From assembly GCA_011523765.1 (NCBI GenBank), contig WTGA01000133.1, forward strand, positions 1 through 54,858: 54,858 bases of DNA, given 5' to 3'. The stretch's first letter is position 1. Every line of letters starts with the position of its first letter. The notes below the pieces were generated by a model, which saw nothing but the letters and a program-made list of their open reading frames with translations, searched no databases and was not told where the DNA came from. A program made the translations under genes and the position numbers. This DNA is from Gammaproteobacteria bacterium (GTDB lineage Bacteria; Pseudomonadota; Gammaproteobacteria; Arenicellales; Poriferihabitantaceae). This document shows, piece by piece, positions 29,586 through 38,434 of the stretch.

Positions 29586-30332
29586 TTACACGACCATGAC
29601 CAGGCCGATGAGGGTGAACAGCTCCGTCCATTCCACCACTGCACCATACACATCCCCCGTTGCCCCGCCCAGGGGCTTGATCAACAGGAAATAAAGCAAC
29701 AGCATTGCCGCGGAGGCGCCGGCCAGCGCTGCAAAGAACCCGGGCAACGAAACCAGAACCAGCAATACCGCCCCCAGGGCCACCCCGATCTTGATGGCGG
29801 GGACATCCAGATGCGACCGCAGCCCCCGGCCCAATCCCTGCTCGCGGACATAGGGGAAACCACAGAGCACCCCCACCAGCATGGTACGGCCCACCACGGG
29901 AGTCACCAGCAGCGCCCACCATGCCCCTTGTTCGAGCAGGACCGAAACCGCTACCATTTTGATGACGACCACCAGGATCAGCGCGAGAACGGCACCGGTC
30001 CCACAGTGCGTGTCCTGCAGTATCTCCATCATGCGTTCACGGTCGTGCCCACCCATCCAGGCATCCGCACAATCGGCGACTCCATCCAGATGAAGGGCAC
30101 CGGTCACGGCAATCCAGATTCCAACGCACAGCACCGATACCAGGCCGGACGGCAGGCCCAGCCACCGATCGAACACCCAGGCACTCAGCGCGAGGAGAAT
30201 ACCGACCAGCCCCCCCACAAGCGGATACCAGGCCACGGCTTCGCCCGCCAGCCGGGGGTCATGGCTGGACTGCCGGCCCGCGGGCAAGCGGGTCAGGAAC
30301 TGAACCGCGGCCAGTGCACCCTGGATAGTCAT
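29586..30332 (-). CDS. cobS: Adenosylcobinamide-GDP ribazoletransferase (cobalamin synthase)
   Basis: QFLTRLP, TGALHLDGVADCAD, GGATGDVYGA; hydrophobic. Confidence 0.95.
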   Translation of the reverse strand: MTIQGALAAVQFLTRLPAGRQSSHDPRLAGEAVAWYPLVGGLVGILLALSAWVFDRWLGLPSGLVSVLCVGIWIAVTGALHLDGVADCADAWMGGHDRERMMEILQDTHCGTGAVLALILVVVIKMVAVSVLLEQGAWWALLVTPVVGRTMLVGVLCGFPYVREQGLGRGLRSHLDVPAIKIGVALGAVLLVLVSLPGFFAALAGASAAMLLLYFLLIKPLGGATGDVYGAVVEWTELFTLIGLVMVV

Positions 30333-30958
30333 GGACGGGAATTGTGACAGTCGAGTTGATACCAGTCGGGATGCCTGCCATGGTGATAGGCCATGATCCG
30401 GGTATGGCAGGCATGGGGGACATTGATGTGAAAGGAGGATTCCGGGCCCAGTGCAAAAACAATGGTATAGATTGCCCGCATCACGCCACCGTGGCTGATC
30501 AACAGTATGTTTTTTCCCGGATGGGATTTCATCAACCTTTCCCAGGCGATTTGTACGCGATCCAGAAAATCACGGTACTTCTCCCCGCAGTGGGGCGCCG
30601 GTTTATCGGGATTCCCCATCCAGAATTGCCATTCCCCGGGGAACCGGGAATGGATTTCCGGGAAAGACAGACCTTCCCATTGCCCGAAATCCACTTCGGC
30701 GAAATCCGGCTCGACGACAAGTTCGGTATGGGTCCTCTTGCTGACCTGTTCCGCAAAGATGGCACATCGGTTTCGTGGGGAACTGACACACACGTCCCAG
30801 TGCACACCGGATTCGATGAGATCCTGGCACCGGGCCTGCATCTGACCGGCGCCCCGGTCCGTCAGCAATGGATCGGTCACACCGCAAACCACATCCCCCA
30901 ACTGGTGTTCTCCGTGACGCAGCAAATCGACCTGCGTATGGGCAGGACGTTCATCCAT
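30329..30958 (-). CDS. cobC: Histidine phosphatase, alpha-ribazole/adenosylcobalamin phosphatase
   Basis: LLRHGE, EVDFGQWEG, SHGG; located between cobT and cobS. Confidence 0.85.
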   Translation of the reverse strand: MDERPAHTQVDLLRHGEHQLGDVVCGVTDPLLTDRGAGQMQARCQDLIESGVHWDVCVSSPRNRCAIFAEQVSKRTHTELVVEPDFAEVDFGQWEGLSFPEIHSRFPGEWQFWMGNPDKPAPHCGEKYRDFLDRVQIAWERLMKSHPGKNILLISHGGVMRAIYTIVFALGPESSFHINVPHACHTRIMAYHHGRHPDWYQLDCHNSRP

Positions 30959-31997
30959 CGGTGGAAACCCCCGCTTCGGCAAAGGTCGCCATCTCGTTCT
31001 GCAGTGCGCAGGCCGAACGGAGCAAATCCACCGCTACCGCAGCACCACTGCCTTCTCCCAAACGCATCTCCAGGCAAAGCAACGGTTCCGCGTGCAGGGA
31101 TTCCAGGATTCTCCGATGGCCCGGTTCGGCAGATGTGTGGGAAAACAGCAACCAGTCCCGCGTCCCCGGATTGATTCGGCTGGCCGCCAGGGCGGCGACC
31201 GAAGCAATGAAACCGTCCACGAGAATGGCCACGCCGCGCTGGGCCGCGGCAAGGTAATACCCGGTCAGCGCGGCAATTTCAAACCCGCCCAGGTCGGCCA
31301 GGATATCCACGGGCTGTGTCCGGGTGGAGGGCCTGGAAACCGCCTTCTCGATCACGGCGATTTTATGCTCCATCCCGGCATCGTCCAGTCCGGTGCCCGG
31401 CCCCGCGAGGGACCGCGGGTCACCGGCCCCCATGGCAACGGCCAACGCCGTGGCACTGGTGGTATTGGCAATGCCCATCTCGCCTCCGATCACCAGTTCG
31501 CAATTTCTCCCGTATCCGTCCACAATGGCCTTCCCGAGTGAAAGCGCCTGAATGCACTGCTCCCGGGTCATGGCCGGTTCGATCGCGATATTCCCGCAGC
31601 CCCGGGCAACCGGCCGGTCGACCACCGGCTTCCCAAAACCGTCCCGGTGGATGGTGCCCGCATTGACAACGGTCAGATCCGCACTCAGTTTTTTCGCCAG
31701 GACACTGATCGCCGCTCCACCCCGCACAAAATTCCGCACCATTTCCGTCGTAACCACCTGGGGAAAGGCACTGACTCCCTCGTGTGCCACCCCGTGGTCG
31801 CCGGCAAAGACGGCGATGCTGACGTGGTCCACGGCCGGATCAGTGCGCCCCTGTAGCGAAGACAGGACGATGGCGTGATCTTCGAGCCGGCCGAGGGACC
31901 CGGGCGGTTTGGTCAGCGAAAGCTGACGCTTCCGGGCCCGGTCACCCGACACGCTGTCGACCGTGGCCGTGTCCTGCAGGAACCAGTCTTCCGTCAT
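30951..31997 (-). CDS. cobT: Nicotinate-nucleotide-dimethylbenzimidazole phosphoribosyltransferase
   Basis: LTKPPGSLGRLE, FAGDHGV, GEMGIANTT, GGFEIAAL, MRLGEGSGA, MATFAEAGV. Confidence 0.97.
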   Translation of the reverse strand: MTEDWFLQDTATVDSVSGDRARKRQLSLTKPPGSLGRLEDHAIVLSSLQGRTDPAVDHVSIAVFAGDHGVAHEGVSAFPQVVTTEMVRNFVRGGAAISVLAKKLSADLTVVNAGTIHRDGFGKPVVDRPVARGCGNIAIEPAMTREQCIQALSLGKAIVDGYGRNCELVIGGEMGIANTTSATALAVAMGAGDPRSLAGPGTGLDDAGMEHKIAVIEKAVSRPSTRTQPVDILADLGGFEIAALTGYYLAAAQRGVAILVDGFIASVAALAASRINPGTRDWLLFSHTSAEPGHRRILESLHAEPLLCLEMRLGEGSGAAVAVDLLRSACALQNEMATFAEAGVSTDG

Positions 31998-32020
31998 TCG
32001 TCTTCCGTCATTCGTCTTCC
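31987..32020. repeat. 14-bp tandem duplication at the cobU/cobT junction
   Basis: TCTTCCGTCATTCG x2 followed by TCTTCC. Confidence 0.9.
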
Positions 32021-32529
32021 CTCCTCTTGAGAACCCGGGGAATCCCCATGGTCACCAGTGTGACCCGGTGGGCGATGGCGGACAGCTCCTGGTGGAGCCG
32101 GCCGCTTTCGTCCACGAACTGCCGGCTCAGGCGGTCCGCAGGAACCACCCCCATGCCGGTTTCATTGCTGACCAGCAACCAGTGCGCCCGGGAGGCCGCC
32201 AGTCCGTCCAGGAATCGGCGTTTTTCCTCCGGCCATCCATCCGCATTCCCCGAACCCAGCCAGTTGGCAACCCACAGGGTCAGGCAGTCCACGAGGACAA
32301 CGTCCGGCTCCGCGAACCGGGGGGTCTGGCCGGACAGGCAGCAGGTCTCTTCCGTCAGTTGCCAGGAAGCACTCCGCTCCTTCTGGTGCCGGGCAATGCG
32401 GTCCGCCATTTCCCCGTCACGGGCCTCGGCCGTGGCAATAAAGTGCCGGTTGCCCGGCAGGGATTCTGCGACACGGAGCGCATGACTGCTTTTCCCGCTC
32501 CGGGCGCCTCCTACAATCAATTCGATCAT
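32008..32529 (-). CDS. cobU: Bifunctional adenosylcobinamide kinase / cobinamide-phosphate guanylyltransferase (CobU/CobP)
   Basis: LIVGGARSGKS, EMADRIARH, VDCLTLW, VSNETGMGVVP. Start moved to ATG 32529. Confidence 0.96.
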   Translation of the reverse strand: MIELIVGGARSGKSSHALRVAESLPGNRHFIATAEARDGEMADRIARHQKERSASWQLTEETCCLSGQTPRFAEPDVVLVDCLTLWVANWLGSGNADGWPEEKRRFLDGLAASRAHWLLVSNETGMGVVPADRLSRQFVDESGRLHQELSAIAHRVTLVTMGIPRVLKRREDE

Positions 32530-32560
32530 TCCCACATCCGGTCCGGTCCTCTCGCAAAGG

Positions 32561-33652
32561 TTACTTGCACTGGGGGGTCCGGCCGTCGGCGGGCAGCCGA
32601 GTACTCTGGAGACGCTGCTGCCTCTCCTCATCAATCACCGTCTGGGGAAACTGGCCCATGAAACAACAGCATACATTTTCATCAATCATGGTACGCGGAC
32701 CATGGGGGTGTGCAATATGGCGGTACGGTGCATGGTGGTGGTTGTGGGCGGAGTCAGGGACCGGCCCGTGGCCGGGCTGGTACTCGGCATGATGGTGATG
32801 CACGACTACCTTACCCGCCGCCAGCCGCGTCTGGAAATCTTCCAGCAAACCCGGCTCCTGCCTAGTCCGGGACAGGACTTCCTCAATGCGGGCCACAAAG
32901 GCATTGATGACATGCCCTTGGTCGCGCAGATAGTCGGCCAGCATGAACTGTACATGGGGATAGGTGTTCGCTGCCTGGTTCACATAGGCATGGATCCGTC
33001 CGACCAAACGGCCGGAAAACAGGAAATAGGGAGCCACGACAATCCTGCTGAAACCGAGCCTGACCGCCATGTCCAGACCCCGCCCCACCGAGGGAAAAGT
33101 CACCCCCGAATAGACGGTTTCGCACCACCCGAATCCCAGGTCTTCTGCGACGATCCGGGTCAACTTGGCGGCTTCTGCATTGGCCGTGGCCACCGAGGTC
33201 CCCCGACCCACGACCACCAGCATGGTATCGTACAGTACCCCCGGACGGGGGATGGATTCCAGGCCCACCGCCTCAAGAATCCGGGTCTCGAAAGCGCGGA
33301 TCATTTCGGGGTGCAGTCCCAGTTCGACCCCATACCGGATATCCAGCCCGGGGTGCCGGTCCATATACGTGGTCAATACGGAAGGAATGTCATTCTGTGC
33401 ATGGGTGGCGCGAAAGAGCATGCCGGGCAATGCACAGATCCGCCGGGCACCATTGGAGATCAACCGGTCCAGGGCCATGTGAATATTCGGTGAGGAATAC
33501 TCCAGGAATCCATATTCAATCAGCAGATCCGGGAAACGATCACGCAATCGGGCCGCCAGCAGTCCGAATTCCTGCTCTGCGATTTTTGCCCGGCTGCCAT
33601 GGCCGCAGATCAAAATACCGGTGTTGTCTGGAAATGAACTCACTGCTGACAT
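32561..33652 (-). CDS. cbiX: Sirohydrochlorin cobaltochelatase CbiX (long form)
   Basis: CGHGSR, GFLEY, HAQNDIP, VGRG, YSGVTFP, PYFLFSG; His-rich C-terminus. Confidence 0.9.
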   Translation of the reverse strand: MSAVSSFPDNTGILICGHGSRAKIAEQEFGLLAARLRDRFPDLLIEYGFLEYSSPNIHMALDRLISNGARRICALPGMLFRATHAQNDIPSVLTTYMDRHPGLDIRYGVELGLHPEMIRAFETRILEAVGLESIPRPGVLYDTMLVVVGRGTSVATANAEAAKLTRIVAEDLGFGWCETVYSGVTFPSVGRGLDMAVRLGFSRIVVAPYFLFSGRLVGRIHAYVNQAANTYPHVQFMLADYLRDQGHVINAFVARIEEVLSRTRQEPGLLEDFQTRLAAGKVVVHHHHAEYQPGHGPVPDSAHNHHHAPYRHIAHPHGPRTMIDENVCCCFMGQFPQTVIDEERQQRLQSTRLPADGRTPQCK

Positions 33653-33953
33653 GGAAAAGTTACTGGGACGGCGAATTATATATGGCAATCCGCATCCCGT
33701 GTGTAAAATGCATGATGGCAATCCATGGTTGAAGCCAATTTTTTGCGAAGGTTGCGGCCATTTTCCGGTGGACCGGAAGATGGTCTCCTATTGTGTCAGG
33801 CGGGTTGTGCCCGTCGGCGCCTGGGAATTCATCCAGGCCGTTACCGTGAATCACCGAACGACAGAGCAGACAACGGTTGGCGCCGACTATCAACGCCTCA
33901 AGTAATGAGGTATATCCGTACCGTAAATATCTCGGTAACGACCGGATTAGGAG

Positions 33954-34040
33954 GCTGTCCGAGAACAAGATATATTCTGAATTTCAAGAAATATTCTTTA
34001 TATATCAGTTAGTAATAAATATTATCGTTCTCGGACAAGC
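33954..34040. mobile_element. Miniature inverted-repeat element (MITE-like remnant)
   Basis: 11-bp perfect terminal IR TGTCCGAGAAC (33956-33966) / GTTCTCGGACA (34027-34037) around a very AT-rich core, at the left edge of the low-GC insert. Confidence 0.45.
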
Positions 34041-34273
34041 TTGCACGCGGGCCATGGTTGAAAGCAAACCGGGCAAATCATGGACGACTGATGCGACAAG
34101 TTTGTTTGCTTGCGACAAGAAGCCACTTCTGCACTACAATACATTGTACGTATACGATATTATTAGACACACGTCTGAATAAACACGCTGTGTAATGTAG
34201 CCATCTTTGATGTATGATTTCTTAGGCTTAAGTAGGATCTAGAAGTTTCTATTATTTTAAATTGGAGGAGATT

Positions 34274-34495
34274 ATGACAATGAAACACAAACATAGCGGC
34301 GAAACGCCTCATACATCCAACCGAAAGCAGGAATACAGCATCATGCTGGAAGAGGCATTGGCTCGCCCAGGTGTGCGAGAAGTTATGAAAATCTACGGCC
34401 AATGGCAAGAACAGGACCAGGGGCTCGACCCTTATCGAACAGCGACAAAAGAACCTTCCCAGATTAAGGCCACAAATCACGCGAACGCTCGATAA
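34274..34495 (+). CDS. Small hypothetical protein (73 aa)
   Basis: GGAGGAG RBS just before ATG; helical-looking core (MLEEALARPGVREVMKIYGQW); ends 23 bp upstream of the protease gene. Confidence 0.7.
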   Translation: MTMKHKHSGETPHTSNRKQEYSIMLEEALARPGVREVMKIYGQWQEQDQGLDPYRTATKEPSQIKATNHANAR

Positions 34496-34518
34496 GCAAT
34501 TTAACGAAGGAGCAACCC

Positions 34519-35445
34519 TTGCCTATTTGGAGTGAAATTCTTACAGAACTTGGTGAGTCCCAAGCTGGTGGTAATATTGACTATGACGGTGTTCGTCGGA
34601 AATATCTGATGGCACTTTATCAGCATACTCAACGCAATGTGATTTTGTACGCTTCAGGATGGCTGCAAAAGGATTTGATGCCAGCGATTGCCTCTATTAA
34701 CGACGAGGATATTCAGGCGCTGATGGAGGTTACTCAGGGTTTGGAAGGTTCCAAGCTTGATTTAATTCTGCATAGTCCAGGTGGCTCTCTAGAAACGACG
34801 GAAGCAATCGTGTCTTACCTGCGGTCACGTTTTTCTGACATCCGGGTAATCGTTCCACAGGTTGCCATGTCGGCGGCAACCATGATTGCCTGTGCTGCTG
34901 ATCAAATTGTGCTTGGCAAACACTCTTTTCTTGGGCCGACAGACCCGCAAATCATTATTCAAACCCCATTAGGCCTGCGTCAGGTTGCTGCCCAGGCGGT
35001 TCTCGATCAATTCGATAAAGCCCAACGTGAATGCAAAGACCCGGCAAAATTATCGTCTTGGTTGCCAATGTTAAGTCAATATGGTCCTGATTTGCTGGAG
35101 CGATGCGAAAAGGCTCTGGATTTATCTAAGAGTCTTGTGAAAACATGGCTAGAAACGTACATGTTCAAGGGAAGTAATGATTCTTCGACAAAGGCAACGG
35201 AGGTTTCTGATTGGCTCGCTAACCATAAGTATTTCAAAAGCCATAACCGACACATATCTCGGGAAATTCTTCGACAAGCAGGACTAGTGATACTGAAATT
35301 GGAAGACGATGAAGAATTGCAAGATATGAGTCTTTCGGTATTCCATGCCACAACTCATACATTTATGGGCACAACAGCAACAAAGATTGTGGAAAATCAC
35401 ACTGGACGAGCATTTATCAAACAGATGAACGCCTCCAACCAATGA
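34519..35445 (+). CDS. ClpP-fold serine protease (SDH_sah / S49-like family)
   Basis: LDLILHSPGG, AMSAATMIA (catalytic Ser), LGPTDPQI (Asp), KSHNRHI (His); AAGGAG RBS before TTG; lower GC than the flanks. Confidence 0.88.
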   Translation: MPIWSEILTELGESQAGGNIDYDGVRRKYLMALYQHTQRNVILYASGWLQKDLMPAIASINDEDIQALMEVTQGLEGSKLDLILHSPGGSLETTEAIVSYLRSRFSDIRVIVPQVAMSAATMIACAADQIVLGKHSFLGPTDPQIIIQTPLGLRQVAAQAVLDQFDKAQRECKDPAKLSSWLPMLSQYGPDLLERCEKALDLSKSLVKTWLETYMFKGSNDSSTKATEVSDWLANHKYFKSHNRHISREILRQAGLVILKLEDDEELQDMSLSVFHATTHTFMGTTATKIVENHTGRAFIKQMNASNQ

Positions 35446-36103
35446 ACGGGCTACCGCTTCACAGTAGTATCCAAGGGAGATGATTAAGTGCTAGGAAACA
35501 TGCGATACGTATCGGTTCAGGCCAACAAACCATTCGGGTCGTTCCCTGTTGGTTTTGGATAGCTGGGCTCGTCGAACCACAAAGCCAAAGCACTTGGGGG
35601 ACCGATTTGGTTTGTTCAATATCTTGCTCCGACAACCTGAGTCTTGGTTCGAATACTGGATACCCCAAGATCGAATGGCGATGAATGCAGATTGCATCGG
35701 ATGAGGGGGGTCGCAGGTGCTGCCAGGGGGGTCTCTGAAAAATCGGCAATGGCCGTCAAGGGATATCCCCAATGAGACGGATAAAATATGGAACCCGCTA
35801 TTCCCTGAAAACCGGGACGACACAAGCAACCAAATAGTTAATGATGACCTCAGTGCAAGAATTTCCACCACACCCAGCATGAATCCGCTATCGCCTCGAA
35901 AATACCCTGATATACAGTGTGCCGTTCGTCAACCCTGTGTTACGGATGCGCCCGACAAAACCATCGCCTGATCAATGACTGGAATGCCAGCGGGAATCCG
36001 GCAATTGGTAATCGCATCCGAGACTTTCTGCGCCTTTGCCTGCGGGCGGACTTCACCATCCGTTCCGTGGGCCACTTCGCGGGACCACCCGTAACCGGCT
36101 CCG

Positions 36104-37825
36104 ATGCCACGAAACTTTCCGTTTGCCGCCATTGTCGGACAGGACCGGCTGAAAACCGCTCTCCTGCTGACCGCAATTGACCCGAAGATCGGGGGCCTGC
36201 TGATTTGCGGCCCGCGTGGAAGCGCCAAATCCACGGTGGTGAGAAGCCTCACCGATCTCGACTCCGATCGTCCCTTTGTAACCATCCCGCTTGGTGCCAG
36301 TGAAGAAATGATCTCCGGCTCCTTCGATCTTGCGCACGTCCTGAATGAGTCCGAACTGGCCTTCCGGCCCGGGCTGCTGGCAAAAGCCCACGGCGGGGTC
36401 CTGTATGTGGACGAGGTCAATCTGCTCGCGGACCATCTGGTGGATTTGCTCCTGGACGTCGCCGCTTCGGGCACGAATATTGTGGAACGGGACGGAATCA
36501 GTCATCGTCATGATGCCCGGTTTGTTCTCACCGGCACCATGAATCCGGACGAAGGCGAACTCCGTCCCCAGCTTCTCGACCGGTTCGGGCTGATGGCCCG
36601 GGTAGAGGAAGAGTTTTCTCCCGAACAGCGGGTGGAGATCGTCTCCAGACGGATCGAGTTCGACCACAACCCGGAGAAATTTGCCGCCGCATACCAGCGC
36701 CAGATCAACGAAACTGTCGAGGCCGTGTCCAATGCAAGGCTGTCCCTTTCCCAAGTGGCCGTCAAAACGCAGATTCGAGAGGAGATTGCCAGGCGCTGTG
36801 CCCTGGCGAATGTCGAGGGCCTGCGGGCGGATATCGTGATGCACCGGGCAGGCAAGGCCCATGCGGCACTGCATCGCCGGCTGGAAGTCGACGAAACGGA
36901 CCTGGAAAGCATTGAGGAACTCGTGCTGGCACACCGGCGAAAACCCTGCGCACCCTCTTCTTCCGGCACCCCGCCCCGGCGTGGCGGGTCCTCGGATCTT
37001 TCCAACCAGGGCCCGGGCAGCGAAAATCGCGGCGGGTCCTCGGTACAGGGTGCCTGGGGAGCCCTGCCTCCTGCGCTCACCGGGATGTCGGAACCCCGGT
37101 CCGTGCCGTTTCGCAACTCCCCTCCCCACCGGCCCCCCGCAGAGTGGATTGGCCTGGACCAGGGAAAGCGCAAGAATGGCTTTTTCCCTTCGCCGCATTA
37201 CCTCCATCGGGAAAATGCGATGATACCCAAGGTGGACTGGTACCGGACACTGGGCTACTCCAGCCGTTTTCGGGACTTGAGCGGTCGTGAAAAAAGCAAG
37301 CGGCTGGTGTTTCGCTATCCGCGGAAAAGAGGCCTGGACCTGGACCTGGTCCTGCTGGACACCTCGGCATCGACTTTAAGCGGTCAGGGCCTGGATCATG
37401 CCAAGGGAGTGGTCAAGGCCCTGTCGCAACAGGGCTATCTGCACCGGCGCCGTCTGGGCCTGATTGCCTTCGGCAATGCCAGGGTCCAGACCCTGGTGTA
37501 TCCCCAGCGGGCACCCAAAAATATCCAGCCCGTCCTGGATATGATACAGGCCGGTGGCGGAACCCCCATACTGATGGCACTGGAGCATGTCCGGAACCTG
37601 CTGAATTGCCAGCGGCATCACTCGCTGAACTGCGCTTTGTACCTGCTGACGGATGGCCGGCTGGACGAAGCGACCGCACAGCATGCCTTGTGGTCGAACT
37701 ACCCCGTCACGGTCATCGATATCGAATCGGCCCGGGTTCCCCTTGGCCTGGGCAAGGGGCTTTCTGAACAACTCGACTCGGACTATTTTCATGTGTCCGC
37801 GTTGCCGCTGGCGACCCTCCACTGA
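36104..37825 (+). CDS. ChlI/ChlD-like chelatase subunit (AAA+ ATPase, Pro/Gly linker, vWA domain), probable CobN-partner cobaltochelatase ATPase
   Basis: FPFAAIVGQ, GPRGSAKST, PGLLAKAHGGVLYVDEVNLL, GTMNPDEGELRPQLLDRFG, vWA MIDAS LLDTSAS, GGGTP, LLTDGR; directly upstream of cobO. Confidence 0.9.
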   Translation: MPRNFPFAAIVGQDRLKTALLLTAIDPKIGGLLICGPRGSAKSTVVRSLTDLDSDRPFVTIPLGASEEMISGSFDLAHVLNESELAFRPGLLAKAHGGVLYVDEVNLLADHLVDLLLDVAASGTNIVERDGISHRHDARFVLTGTMNPDEGELRPQLLDRFGLMARVEEEFSPEQRVEIVSRRIEFDHNPEKFAAAYQRQINETVEAVSNARLSLSQVAVKTQIREEIARRCALANVEGLRADIVMHRAGKAHAALHRRLEVDETDLESIEELVLAHRRKPCAPSSSGTPPRRGGSSDLSNQGPGSENRGGSSVQGAWGALPPALTGMSEPRSVPFRNSPPHRPPAEWIGLDQGKRKNGFFPSPHYLHRENAMIPKVDWYRTLGYSSRFRDLSGREKSKRLVFRYPRKRGLDLDLVLLDTSASTLSGQGLDHAKGVVKALSQQGYLHRRRLGLIAFGNARVQTLVYPQRAPKNIQPVLDMIQAGGGTPILMALEHVRNLLNCQRHHSLNCALYLLTDGRLDEATAQHALWSNYPVTVIDIESARVPLGLGKGLSEQLDSDYFHVSALPLATLH

Positions 37826-37834
37826 ATCCGATCC

Positions 37835-38434
37835 ATGAACGATTCCGAAATCCGGCACAGGGAGAAAATGCGGCGGAAAAAGGCCGTGATTGACGGGCGG
37901 ATTGCCAAGTCCACGGAAACACGGGGGGTTCTCATCCTGCTGAAGGGCAATGGCAAGGGGAAAAGCTCCTCGGCTTTCGGCACCATGGCGCGCGCACTGG
38001 GGCATGGTCAAAGAGCGGGGCTGATCCAGTTTATCAAAGGCAGGAAGGAAACCGGGGAGTACCTGTTTTTCCGGGACCACCCGAATGTCGATTTTTACAT
38101 CATGGGCCATGGCTTTACCTGGGAAACCCAGGACAAGTCCCAGGACAAGCGGGCCGCGCAACAGGCCTGGGCCATTGCGGGACGCATGCTTCGCGACCCC
38201 GGTTATGACCTGCTGGTCTTTGATGAAATGTCCTATATGTTCAAGTACGGATACCTGGATGTCAGCCCTGTCGTCACGGCCCTCAGGTCCCGTCCGGCGG
38301 GGCAGAATGTCATCATCACCGGGCGCACCATGCACCGTGAACTCATGGAGATTGCGGATACGATCAGTGATATCGCCGATCTGGAACATGCTTTTCGCAA
38401 GGGAGTGAAAGCCCAGCCTGGTATCGAATGGTAA
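37835..38434 (+). CDS. cobO: Cob(I)yrinic acid a,c-diamide adenosyltransferase (CobO/BtuR)
   Basis: GNGKGKSSSAFG, QFIKG, GFTWETQ, IITGR, HAF...GIEW. Confidence 0.96.
   Translation: MNDSEIRHREKMRRKKAVIDGRIAKSTETRGVLILLKGNGKGKSSSAFGTMARALGHGQRAGLIQFIKGRKETGEYLFFRDHPNVDFYIMGHGFTWETQDKSQDKRAAQQAWAIAGRMLRDPGYDLLVFDEMSYMFKYGYLDVSPVVTALRSRPAGQNVIITGRTMHRELMEIADTISDIADLEHAFRKGVKAQPGIEW

Noticed and set aside
35459-35971. Short ORFs on both strands in the right part of the low-GC insert
   Set aside because: They overlap each other and have no motifs or RBS; probably decayed sequence.
33653-36103. Cobalamin riboswitch upstream of the cob operons (also looked upstream of the TonB receptor)
   Set aside because: I could not find the conserved GGGAA...GGTG...CCC...ACTGT or B12-box elements by eye; an Infernal/Rfam scan would be decisive.
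37290-37296. AAAAAAG as a second frameshift site in the chlD-like gene
   Set aside because: It reads GAA AAA AGC in the coding frame, so it is not in the A_AAA_AAG phase.
38128-38150. Short repeat CCCAGGACAAG x2 in cobO
   Set aside because: It encodes TQDKSQDK in a region of apparently normal length and is explained by protein sequence.
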